Shown in pieces: positions 33,490 to 42,564 of a stretch of 64,000 nucleotides of DNA (within the stretch, counting starts at the first letter, position 1; each line of letters begins with the position of its first letter). Source of the DNA: a virus; IMG/VR virus record IMGVR_UViG_3300021376_000037, positions 1 to 64,000 of that record. One strand, given 5' to 3'. Both the position numbers and the translations under genes were made by a program. The notes below the pieces were generated by a model. That model did not search any database. It had not been told where the DNA came from and saw nothing but the letters and a program-made list of their open reading frames with translations.

Positions 33490-34430
33490 AATTAGCTTTT
33501 ATATGCGCGGGAGATATACAGGTGCCACCCCCAGCATGGGGAGCTGTAGAAATATTAGTTTGGGAGTATTATAATAACCTATTAGATCTTGGCATTCATC
33601 CTCATATATATAATTCTAAAAATTTATCTTGGGTTAAAAGTGAAATTGAAAAAAACAATTTTGACTTAGTACATTTACAACATGAAGATTTATTGCCTTA
33701 CTTGCATGACGTAAAGACAAAAAAATTAGCTGTCACTTCTCATTGTGGTTGGGCAGAAAACTACGAACATTACTATCCTTATTATTGGAAAACTTTTAAA
33801 CATATATTAAATGGTAATCATTATATTTTTGCTTTATCGGAACAAATAAAAAATAATTACCTTAATTTTGGCTTTGATAGTAACAAGGCATTTATAACTA
33901 AAAATGGTGTTAATACACAAAATTACAGAGTAACTAATACTCCTAAATATCATGATAGAAGCCTATATTTAGGTAAAATAGAGTTTAGAAAAAGACAATA
34001 TTTAGTTTCTGATAAAAACCTAAATATAGATTTTGCTGGCTTTGGCGATACTTTAAATCTTTCTTCAACAAATAAATTGCTAGGACAATGGACTAAAGAT
34101 AAGGTATACAATGAAACAACAGAATATGCTAATCTTATTCTCTTGTCTATTTCTGAAGCTCATGCACTAGTTTGTATGGAGGCTTTAGCTAGCGGATTAG
34201 GTTTAGTAATATCAGAAAAAAGTACAGCTAATTTAGATTTAACTAAAAAATTTATTACTGTAATTCCCGAAGAAAAAATAAATGATTTACAGTACTTAAA
34301 AGAAAAAATAGAATCTAATAGAGAATATTCAATTAATAATCGTAAAGAAATAGTTGAGTATGCTAAATCTTTTGATTGGAAAATAGTAACGAAAGAGTAT
34401 TTAGAAACTGTTCAAAAGGTAATAAATTAA
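33486..34430 (+). CDS. glycosyltransferase (GT-B)
   Basis: PPPAWGAVE; EAHALVCMEALASG. Confidence 0.8.
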   Translation: MKLAFICAGDIQVPPPAWGAVEILVWEYYNNLLDLGIHPHIYNSKNLSWVKSEIEKNNFDLVHLQHEDLLPYLHDVKTKKLAVTSHCGWAENYEHYYPYYWKTFKHILNGNHYIFALSEQIKNNYLNFGFDSNKAFITKNGVNTQNYRVTNTPKYHDRSLYLGKIEFRKRQYLVSDKNLNIDFAGFGDTLNLSSTNKLLGQWTKDKVYNETTEYANLILLSISEAHALVCMEALASGLGLVISEKSTANLDLTKKFITVIPEEKINDLQYLKEKIESNREYSINNRKEIVEYAKSFDWKIVTKEYLETVQKVIN

Positions 34431-35113
34431 TGAAAATACAAGCTATTATGATGATGAAGAATGATATCAATAGAGCTGATTTTGTTCTTCATAATTTTTT
34501 TAAATGGAATCCTGATATTCCTGTTTTAGTATATAATTGCGGCGGTAAATCTCCTAAACAAGTAATAGATAAATATTCTAACGCAAAGTTAATCGATTAT
34601 GACGATATTTGGCATAAAGGAACACATGATGGAGCCGGTTCTTTTGATCCAAGATGGTTCAAGCTTATGTTTGAATATGGTTTAAATGATGATTTTACAC
34701 ACACTTTGTTTTTAGAAACAGATGTATTAACTACTAAAAAGATTTGTATTGAACCAAAATATGATATGTCTGGAATTTTAAATTTTTGTGGTTCAAAAGA
34801 AAATATTTTGTATAAATATTTTAATATTTCTTACGGACCACATTCCAGTTGCGGTTCTACTATCTTTAAAACCGATTTTTTTAAAAAAAGTTTTTCTAAT
34901 CTTTATTTGATCGATAAAGCTTTTAAAGAAAAGCAGCAAAATTTTTACGCTGATTTATTAATGACTATTCTAGGAAGAATATCTGGTTGTTCTTATGGAT
35001 ATTGGGAAGAATGTTCTGATTTAAGAGGTTACCATGTACCAATAGACGGAAAATTAGTTTTTGTACCTTCATCAGATTATTCTACTACTTTTGTTCATTC
35101 ACTAAAGGTATAA
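34430..35113 (+). CDS. putative GT-A glycosyltransferase
   Basis: LFLETDV (DxD-like); cluster context. Confidence 0.55.
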   Translation: MKIQAIMMMKNDINRADFVLHNFFKWNPDIPVLVYNCGGKSPKQVIDKYSNAKLIDYDDIWHKGTHDGAGSFDPRWFKLMFEYGLNDDFTHTLFLETDVLTTKKICIEPKYDMSGILNFCGSKENILYKYFNISYGPHSSCGSTIFKTDFFKKSFSNLYLIDKAFKEKQQNFYADLLMTILGRISGCSYGYWEECSDLRGYHVPIDGKLVFVPSSDYSTTFVHSLKV

Positions 35114-35115
35114 AT

Positions 35116-35916
35116 ATGTACGGATTAATTAACATTGTCAAGGAAGGAAAAAATCTGAAAGTTAAAAACTATGGCGGTTATGAATCAAGAAATCAAAGCT
35201 CTATAAAGTTAGCTTCTCAAATGTTAAAATCGCTTGATAAAGACATAGAATTCAATATTTACACTGAAGATAGGCCAATAAAAAATATAAATAATATTAA
35301 AACTTTTTCTTATTCTACCATAGATGATGATTATTCTTGTACATGTCCTGATTTTATTTTTGAAAATTGGAGAGAAGTTGGTATAAATAATTATAATGAA
35401 ACCTGTGATTTAAATTATAAAAGTGGTTTAGAATCTTATCAAACTTGTAAAATTGGCTGGATAGGAAGTTTTACTAACAATCTTAGAAAAGAATTTTATA
35501 ATTTTTCTTTAAATAATAACGATATTTTAGATGTTAGAATTACTAATTTTAGCAAAAATGTAGATGGTTCTGTTACATCTAATAATTTTCTAACTATGCA
35601 GCAACAAATAAAATTATGGAAATATCTTATTGACATAGAAGGAAATGGTTATTCAGGTAGAATGAAGTTATTGATGCATTCCGGTAGGCCACTGTTTTTG
35701 GTTGAAAGGCCATATAAAGAATATTTTTATCAATTTTTAATTCCTTGGAAACATTATATTCCTGTTAAAAGAGATTTTAGTGATTTAAAGAGTAATTTAA
35801 ATATTTTAGAAAAAGATACTTCTTTGTATGATATTATTAGTAAAGAAAGTATAAATTTTGCTAAAAAATATCTTTCTAAAGAATATGCTTTAGAATATTG
35901 GAAAAATAATTTATAG
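35116..35916 (+). CDS. GT90/CAP10-family glycosyltransferase
   Basis: KYLIDIEGNGYSGRMKLL...PWKHYIPV..DFSDL. Confidence 0.85.
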   Translation: MYGLINIVKEGKNLKVKNYGGYESRNQSSIKLASQMLKSLDKDIEFNIYTEDRPIKNINNIKTFSYSTIDDDYSCTCPDFIFENWREVGINNYNETCDLNYKSGLESYQTCKIGWIGSFTNNLRKEFYNFSLNNNDILDVRITNFSKNVDGSVTSNNFLTMQQQIKLWKYLIDIEGNGYSGRMKLLMHSGRPLFLVERPYKEYFYQFLIPWKHYIPVKRDFSDLKSNLNILEKDTSLYDIISKESINFAKKYLSKEYALEYWKNNL

Positions 35917-35927
35917 GATTATAATAT

Positions 35928-36518
35928 ATGGATAAAAATAAATTTTTAGAAATTTTAAAAAATTTACAAGCTTTTAAATCGCAAGAAGAAATAATGCTTC
36001 ATTACTTGCATAATAGCCCTCCACATGATTTAAATTTAGAATTTGGCGTTTTTGAAGGAAAAACTATTAATTTATGTTCAAGTATGTACAAAGATAGACA
36101 ATTTTATGGATTTGATACTTTTGAAGGATTACCGGAAGATTGGAGAGATGGCTTTCCTAAAGGTTTTTTTAACTTAAATGGTAACTTACCAAAAATTAAT
36201 CAAAATGTAACCTTAATAAAAGGACTATTTTCAAATACTTTACAAGATTTTATTAATTTAAATAACAAGAAAATATCTTTTTTACATATTGATTGTGATT
36301 TATATTCTTCTACCAAGTATGTTTTAGAAACTTTAAAAAATAGTCTTCAAATAGGAACAATTATTTTATTTGATGAATTTTATAATTATCATGGTTGGGA
36401 AAATGGAGAATTTAAAGCTTGGAATGAATTTGTAGACAAAAACAGTAACATTCAATATGAATTTATAGGCTACAATATGTTTCATGAACAAGTAGGAGTA
36501 AAGATTACAAATGTATGA
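35928..36518 (+). CDS. TylF/MycF-like SAM O-methyltransferase
   Basis: LEFGVFEG, GFDTFEGLPE, HIDCDLY, FDE. Confidence 0.85.
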   Translation: MDKNKFLEILKNLQAFKSQEEIMLHYLHNSPPHDLNLEFGVFEGKTINLCSSMYKDRQFYGFDTFEGLPEDWRDGFPKGFFNLNGNLPKINQNVTLIKGLFSNTLQDFINLNNKKISFLHIDCDLYSSTKYVLETLKNSLQIGTIILFDEFYNYHGWENGEFKAWNEFVDKNSNIQYEFIGYNMFHEQVGVKITNV

Positions 36519-37599
36519 TTATATAATTGTAGGATCTGGTTTATTTGGCTCTATATTTGCTCATGAGACAAAAAAAAGAAATAAAAAAGTTCTTGTTTTA
36601 GAAAAAAGAAGTCATATTGGCGGCAATTGTTATACGGAAAAAATTGAAGATATAAATGTTCATAAATATGGACCTCATATATTTCATACTAATGATGAAG
36701 ATATCTGGAAATACATAAATCAATTTGCTCAATTTAATAATTATGTTAATAGACCTAAAGTAAATTTTAGTAATAATATTTACTCTTTTCCTATTAATTT
36801 ATTTACTTTATATCAATTATGGGGAGTCCGAACTCCTTCTGAAGCGCAAAATAAACTACAATCTGTTAGAATAAAAAATGACAATCCTCAAAATTTAGAA
36901 GAATGGATTCTGTCTCAAGTAGGTCAAGAGATATATGAAAAATTTATAAAAGGATATACAATAAAACAATGGGGTAGAACTCCTGATAAATTACCAGCTT
37001 CTATTATTAAAAGATTGCCTATTAGATTAACATTTGATGATAATTATTTTTTTGATAAATATCAAGGTATTCCTATTGGTGGCTATACTCAAATTTTTGA
37101 TAAATTATTAAATGGCGTAGAGGTAAAACTACAAACTGATTTTTTTGAAAACAAAACATATTGGGAATCAATAAGCAAGTACATAGTTTATACCGGTAAA
37201 ATTGATGAACTATATGATTACCAGTTTGGTAAATTAGAATATCGAAGTTTACGCTTTGAGAATGAAATTCATGATGGCGACTATCAAGGAAACGCTATTA
37301 TGAATTATACAAACGCAGAAATACCTTATACTAGAATTACTGAACATAAACATTTTGAATTCGGTAAACAAGAAAAATCTTTTATTACAAAAGAATATCC
37401 GGATAATTATGATGATGGCAAAGTACCCTATTATCCAATAGGTGATGAAAAAAATAACGAAATATATAAAAAATATAGAAGTTTAAATCATAATGAAAAA
37501 TATATATTTGGCGGAAGATTGGCAGAGTATAAATATTATGATATGCATCAAATAATTGGATCTGCCTTATCAAAAGTTAAAAAACATTTTGGAGAATAG
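36511..37599 (+). CDS. glf: UDP-galactopyranose mutase
   Basis: VGSGLFG, HIGGN, HKYGPHIFHT, YQGIP, GRLAEYKYYDM. Confidence 0.95.
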   Translation: MYDYIIVGSGLFGSIFAHETKKRNKKVLVLEKRSHIGGNCYTEKIEDINVHKYGPHIFHTNDEDIWKYINQFAQFNNYVNRPKVNFSNNIYSFPINLFTLYQLWGVRTPSEAQNKLQSVRIKNDNPQNLEEWILSQVGQEIYEKFIKGYTIKQWGRTPDKLPASIIKRLPIRLTFDDNYFFDKYQGIPIGGYTQIFDKLLNGVEVKLQTDFFENKTYWESISKYIVYTGKIDELYDYQFGKLEYRSLRFENEIHDGDYQGNAIMNYTNAEIPYTRITEHKHFEFGKQEKSFITKEYPDNYDDGKVPYYPIGDEKNNEIYKKYRSLNHNEKYIFGGRLAEYKYYDMHQIIGSALSKVKKHFGE

Positions 37600-37600
37600 T

Positions 37601-38452
37601 ATGAAAGTATTAGTTACTGGTCATAAAGGTTATATTGGTTCTAAAATATATGAAAGATGTTTATCATCAGGATGGGAAACAAGAGGAATAGATTTAAAAG
37701 AAAAACGAGATGTGGTAGAAATATCTGAATATAAAGAATATATTGATTTCAAGCCAGAAATTATTTTTCATCTTGCAGCTAATCCGCGAGTGCAAATGAG
37801 TGTTGATAATCCTTTAGAAACCGCTTATCACAACACGCTTGGTACAACATCTATTTTAAATTATGCTAAAAAATGTGGTACTAGAAGAGTTGTATTTTCT
37901 AGTTCTTCTGCCATATATGGTAACGGAAATGGCCCAGTTAATCCTTATGGCCTACAAAAGCTTCAAGGAGAATTAGAATGTCAGTTATATTCGCGCATAT
38001 TTAATGTTGATACTGTATGTTTAAGATATTTTAACGTGTATTCAGAAGATCAAAAATCAACTGATGTTTATCCAACTGTTATAGCTGCTTGGATGGAAAA
38101 GCTTAGAGCTGATAAGGAATTGTTAGTATATGGCGACGGAAGCCATAAAAGAGATTATATACATGTTAATGATATAGTGGATTGTAATATATTTATTTCT
38201 AAACAAGATTGTAAATTTAATGGTGCCGTATATGATGTGGGAACAGGAAAAAACTATGATTTAAATTATATTAAATCTTATATTTTAACCATAAAATCAA
38301 ATGCGATATTTAATCATCTACCCGCCCGCCCAACTGATCCATTATCCACCTTATCCGATACATATAATTTAAATAATTTAGGATGGTCTGCTAAAATAAG
38401 CTTTTTAGATGGGTTAAAAAAATGTTTTAATGAACAAAATTTAAAAGGATAA
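37601..38452 (+). CDS. NAD-dependent epimerase/dehydratase
   Basis: TGHKGYIGS, SSSAIYG, YGLQK, LRYFNVY. Confidence 0.9.
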   Translation: MKVLVTGHKGYIGSKIYERCLSSGWETRGIDLKEKRDVVEISEYKEYIDFKPEIIFHLAANPRVQMSVDNPLETAYHNTLGTTSILNYAKKCGTRRVVFSSSSAIYGNGNGPVNPYGLQKLQGELECQLYSRIFNVDTVCLRYFNVYSEDQKSTDVYPTVIAAWMEKLRADKELLVYGDGSHKRDYIHVNDIVDCNIFISKQDCKFNGAVYDVGTGKNYDLNYIKSYILTIKSNAIFNHLPARPTDPLSTLSDTYNLNNLGWSAKISFLDGLKKCFNEQNLKG

Positions 38453-38455
38453 CAT

Positions 38456-38632
38456 ATGAAACTTTCAGATCAAGCTTTAACATGTGTAATGGTAGCACTT
38501 CAAAAGAGTATCATGGAGCAAACAGATATTGTTCCTGTATTAAAAGGCTTTCAACTAGTACAGGAAGGGGAAGAGTTGTTAGTAACTAATCCTCCTACTA
38601 CCATGACTGCCAATCTTGTAGAGGGAAAGTAA
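38456..38632 (+). CDS. 58-aa hypothetical protein
   Basis: AAGGA SD; MKLSDQALTCVMVALQKSIMEQTDIVPVLK; TAATG-coupled to next. Confidence 0.7.
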   Translation: MKLSDQALTCVMVALQKSIMEQTDIVPVLKGFQLVQEGEELLVTNPPTTMTANLVEGK

Positions 38633-38886
38633 TGCCAACCTATATTTATAAGTGTGATAAATGCGAAAATACCTTTAAAGCATTTCATGGTATGAGCGAT
38701 ACTCTTAATGAATGCCTTGATTGCCATGAAACCGGCACAGTTCATAAACTACCTACGCTTTTAACCTCTTTACCTGAACGTGACAAACAAAAAGAGGCGG
38801 CTGGGCAGAGGGTAAAAGAAGCCATAGAAGATAATAGGCAATTATTATTAGACAGTAAACAGGAATACTTAAATAGAAAGCTATAA
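38632..38886 (+). CDS. FmdB-family zinc ribbon protein
   Basis: MPTYIYKCDKC...CLDC. Confidence 0.85.
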   Translation: MPTYIYKCDKCENTFKAFHGMSDTLNECLDCHETGTVHKLPTLLTSLPERDKQKEAAGQRVKEAIEDNRQLLLDSKQEYLNRKL

Positions 38887-38887
38887 T

Positions 38888-39265
38888 ATGACTACACTAT
38901 TTGCTTCATTATTAGCTGTTTCCTTTGTTATTAACTGTATTTTAATATGGTATGTTAGAAAATTAGTTCAAAACATGTCTTATGCTATTTACAACGTAGA
39001 CGAAATGCAAAAAATGCTTAATGAATATGCCGTTCTATTACAGCCGTTAGCCACTATGGAAAATTATTATAATGATCCTGCACTAACTTCTGCTATAAAC
39101 AATACGCTTCTCGTCGTTGATGCGTGTAAGGTTTTCAAAAAAACGATGATTGTGAGTGGCGATGAAGAAAATCAAGAACAAGAAACCAAAGAAAACAGTC
39201 AAACAGACGACAAAGAACAAAAAGCCCCATTCAGAGGCGCAACCATCGGCTCAGTTGGCAGCTAA
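38888..39265 (+). CDS. membrane-anchored hypothetical protein
   Basis: N-terminal TM then coiled coil. Confidence 0.65.
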   Translation: MTTLFASLLAVSFVINCILIWYVRKLVQNMSYAIYNVDEMQKMLNEYAVLLQPLATMENYYNDPALTSAINNTLLVVDACKVFKKTMIVSGDEENQEQETKENSQTDDKEQKAPFRGATIGSVGS

Positions 39266-40046
39266 ACGTCCTAAACGAGCTTATAAAAAGACCTTACCAG
39301 CAACCCCGGTAAAGTCTGTTGTCATTTCTGCAAAACCCGTAGAAGCCAAAAATCAATATTTTACGAAGTTACATGAGGATGCTATTTTAGAATATGCATC
39401 TATTCTAGACAACAATCGTAAAACAGAATTATATATATCTTTAATACAACCTGCATTTAATGAAATGGTTGAAAAGATAGTATATACATATAAATTCAAC
39501 AACTTACCTAATATAGATGATTTAAAAAACGAATGTAAAACGTTTTTAACTACTATATTAGACAAATATGATACTTCCCGTGGTTCTAAGGCATTTTCTT
39601 ACTTTTCAGTTATTACTAAAAATTGGTTTATACATAAAGTAAAAAAGAATAATAATAAAAAAGAAGTTTATATAGAAGATATTAAAGATTCTCCTCAAGA
39701 AGAAGAATTAGTATATGAAGATTCATATGTTCATAGTAGAGAAAAAGAGGAGTTTTGGGCTGCTTTAGAAGCAGAAATGCATGGTTGGTTTGATAAACGT
39801 TTAAAAGAAAACGAATTAAGAGTATATAAAGCAATCCTTGTTCTTTTTAAAGAAAGTGAAAATATAGAAATTTTTAATAAGAAGGCTATTTATTTATACA
39901 TGAGAGAAATTACAGGCTTAAATACTAAGCAGGTAGTTAATAACTTAAAGAAGTTTAGAAAAAAGTATGAAGATTTTAGAAATAAATGGCAAAATGGACA
40001 AATTTCTCATATAAAAACAAGGATTTACAAAAATGAGTTCTTATAA
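39162..40046 (+). CDS. phage sigma factor (T4 gp55-like late sigma)
   Basis: YFTKLHEDAILEY; LDKYDTSRGSKAFSYFSVITKNW (region-2-like); C-terminal HTH. Confidence 0.75.
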   Translation: MKKIKNKKPKKTVKQTTKNKKPHSEAQPSAQLAAKRPKRAYKKTLPATPVKSVVISAKPVEAKNQYFTKLHEDAILEYASILDNNRKTELYISLIQPAFNEMVEKIVYTYKFNNLPNIDDLKNECKTFLTTILDKYDTSRGSKAFSYFSVITKNWFIHKVKKNNNKKEVYIEDIKDSPQEEELVYEDSYVHSREKEEFWAALEAEMHGWFDKRLKENELRVYKAILVLFKESENIEIFNKKAIYLYMREITGLNTKQVVNNLKKFRKKYEDFRNKWQNGQISHIKTRIYKNEFL

Positions 40047-40332
40047 AACATTAGAAGAATACATCGATGAAGCGACTAAAAATATAGAAAATGATCGCGC
40101 CGTAACTAGTAAGCTTTTATTAGACTTAGTAGACCACATGAATAAACATTCCGAAGATAAGTATACTCATAAAAACTTTGGTGAAATCGCTGCCATGTAT
40201 CTTGAAACTTTACAAAGATCTAATGAGCAATTAGTTAAAGTAGCCGCCATTATTCAACGTCAAGAAGGCGGAAAAGATGGTATGAGTAAGAAAGAGAAGG
40301 ATGTGCTATTTGACTTAATACGCGAGGGATAG
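40033..40332 (+). CDS. hypothetical protein
   Basis: 99-aa helical ORF. Confidence 0.65.
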   Translation: MSSYKTLEEYIDEATKNIENDRAVTSKLLLDLVDHMNKHSEDKYTHKNFGEIAAMYLETLQRSNEQLVKVAAIIQRQEGGKDGMSKKEKDVLFDLIREG

Positions 40333-40335
40333 CAT

Positions 40336-41637
40336 ATGTCTAATCCAAAAGATAGAGATACGCCAGTTGTTGGACCTGACAAAAACGCTCGTTTAAGACC
40401 CCGCGTAGATGACCAGTTAACAACTAAAAAAGCTGTTGATGATTGGACATCTATCAACGGTCCATTAAGACCAAATTCTGAAGAAGGAATTAATACAAGA
40501 TTTGCAAAAGTAGTAGGAGTTGAAAAAGATCCTGCTAATTTTGATATGAATCATCATGCTGAAATGGTTGATGCTTTATCAGGACAACCTCCAATTAGAT
40601 ATAAGCTTTTACCACAGGGTGCAGCAGGGCAAATTTTTGTGCCACCTGAAGGTTTTGGTGGCAATACACCTGAAGATAAAATTGTAAATGAGTCACTTCC
40701 TGATTTTGGTTTAAATGATGCAAAAATTCCTGCTTTAAACGTAGGAGACACGGTTGCTGTAGATTATGCTAATAGTTCTACTAAACAGGGTGGTTTTATA
40801 ACTTCTAAAGTTTCTAAATATTCTGATGGTTCTGGAACATTGAGAGAAAAAAGAAAAAAAATTACTAGTCCAAGCACCAACTTTTCAGACAAAAAGCCTG
40901 TAACTAATGCAAAAGCTAAAGCTCAAGTTAAAAAACCTAATTCTAGTAAACCTCCTCCAACTCCAAAAACAGAATATAATCCCGTTTTTTTGAGTTTTAA
41001 TATTTTACAGAAAATTTTTAATAAAACACCGGCAAATATACTTAAAGTTTATTCATCTTCTATCACTCAAAATTTAAAGACTTATAAGTATAATTCAACA
41101 GTAAAAGATTATAATTTTAATACTTATGGAAGTACAGCATTAGTCTTAGCAGCCGTGAAAACAGTAACAGGAGACTTACAAGTTATTTACTCCCAACGAG
41201 AAGCTGAAAACGTTAACTCGGTTGGTGCTTTATTTGGTTCTAATAAAAGATTTTATGGGAGAGGATTTATGTGGCCTTTTGTTAGAGGAGAAACGGAATA
41301 CAAAACTTTATCTAATAATTTAGGTATTGATTTAATACAAGATCAAAAAAACGATGGGTTCTTTAAAGGTGTTGGTAAAGTTTTACAGGCTCCGTGGGCT
41401 GCTGTACTTGGTCAAAAAACAGCAGCTGATTTTTTAGTTTCAACTCCCTTTTTAACAGTTGTTTCTGGATATGACTATTTATCAAGAAAAAATTTTAAAA
41501 TTTATGGCGACACCTTTAATAGAGAGGCGGCTGCTTCTGTTTTAAAACTTCAAAAAAACGAATATAACTACTATATAAGTGAATGTAAAAGAATATATGA
41601 TATAATGGTAGAAAATGATAATATTTTAACATATTAA
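40336..41637 (+). CDS. putative baseplate hub protein with degenerate GH19 domain
   Basis: OB-like VGDTVAVDY; C-terminal RFYGRG...YKTLSNNLGIDL; start of baseplate module. Confidence 0.6.
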   Translation: MSNPKDRDTPVVGPDKNARLRPRVDDQLTTKKAVDDWTSINGPLRPNSEEGINTRFAKVVGVEKDPANFDMNHHAEMVDALSGQPPIRYKLLPQGAAGQIFVPPEGFGGNTPEDKIVNESLPDFGLNDAKIPALNVGDTVAVDYANSSTKQGGFITSKVSKYSDGSGTLREKRKKITSPSTNFSDKKPVTNAKAKAQVKKPNSSKPPPTPKTEYNPVFLSFNILQKIFNKTPANILKVYSSSITQNLKTYKYNSTVKDYNFNTYGSTALVLAAVKTVTGDLQVIYSQREAENVNSVGALFGSNKRFYGRGFMWPFVRGETEYKTLSNNLGIDLIQDQKNDGFFKGVGKVLQAPWAAVLGQKTAADFLVSTPFLTVVSGYDYLSRKNFKIYGDTFNREAAASVLKLQKNEYNYYISECKRIYDIMVENDNILTY

Positions 41638-41645
41638 GAATTTTT

Positions 41646-42563
41646 ATGGCACCTATAAGAAGAAATAAATTAAATCAAATTATTGATGATCTTTACGGCT
41701 TGTTCAAGAATGAAACTAGCCCTAATGCTGAAGAGGGCTTTGCTAGAAGTACAATGTATGAACCCAATAATATTCGTCATTTAAATACTACTGATGCCGA
41801 TGAAACAATAGAAGGTCAGAATAATCAAGCTATTTGGTTTAGAAGAGATGGCTTTAATGATCATACAGATGGTTTGGGTGGTGCCGGTCATGCTAAATGT
41901 GGCGCTATAGATATATGTGTTGGTTTTTCTTCCATTCTTGATCATGAGGATATTCCCGGTCCTGTTAATCCAAGTACCGGTGCTGACGCAGCCAGAGTGT
42001 ATTTAAGTCAAAAATCTCTTGTTGATCAGTATTTCGGAATTAAATTACCAATGTTTGGTGAAAGCCCACCTCGTTCCGCAGTGGCAATAAAAGCAGATGA
42101 TGTTCGTTTGATAGCTAGAAATAGCTTTAAAATTGTAACCAACACAGACAACGTATTATCTATAAATGCACCTAGTATGAACGGTACTGGTGTTCAACTT
42201 ATAGCTAATAATGAAAGCCCAGACGTTTTACAACCTATGATAAAAGGTCAAAACCTAATAGAAGGGTTAACAGAGTTATCTGAGAAAATAGACGCTATAA
42301 ATAGCACTCTTCTAAGTTTTATACAGGCACAAAAAAGTCTTAATGAAGAATTACGTACACACGTTCATCAAGTACCTTTTTACGATGATGCAGTAACCTT
42401 TTATTCTACTAGTGTTTTTCAACTGGGTTTAAACGTAAACACATTTCTTGATTCTTTACAAGAAAAAAATAAAATGGAATCTATTAATTTAGGTTCTTGG
42501 AGAAATAAGTTTTTGGATCATGGCGAAAAGCATATAGCTAGTTCTTATCATTTATTAAATTAA
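41646..42563 (+). CDS. putative baseplate/spike protein (gp5 C-terminal-like)
   Basis: DAARVYLSQK, SAVAIKADDVRLIAR, QPMIKG, THVH; context. Confidence 0.55.
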   Translation: MAPIRRNKLNQIIDDLYGLFKNETSPNAEEGFARSTMYEPNNIRHLNTTDADETIEGQNNQAIWFRRDGFNDHTDGLGGAGHAKCGAIDICVGFSSILDHEDIPGPVNPSTGADAARVYLSQKSLVDQYFGIKLPMFGESPPRSAVAIKADDVRLIARNSFKIVTNTDNVLSINAPSMNGTGVQLIANNESPDVLQPMIKGQNLIEGLTELSEKIDAINSTLLSFIQAQKSLNEELRTHVHQVPFYDDAVTFYSTSVFQLGLNVNTFLDSLQEKNKMESINLGSWRNKFLDHGEKHIASSYHLLN

Positions 42564-42564
42564 T

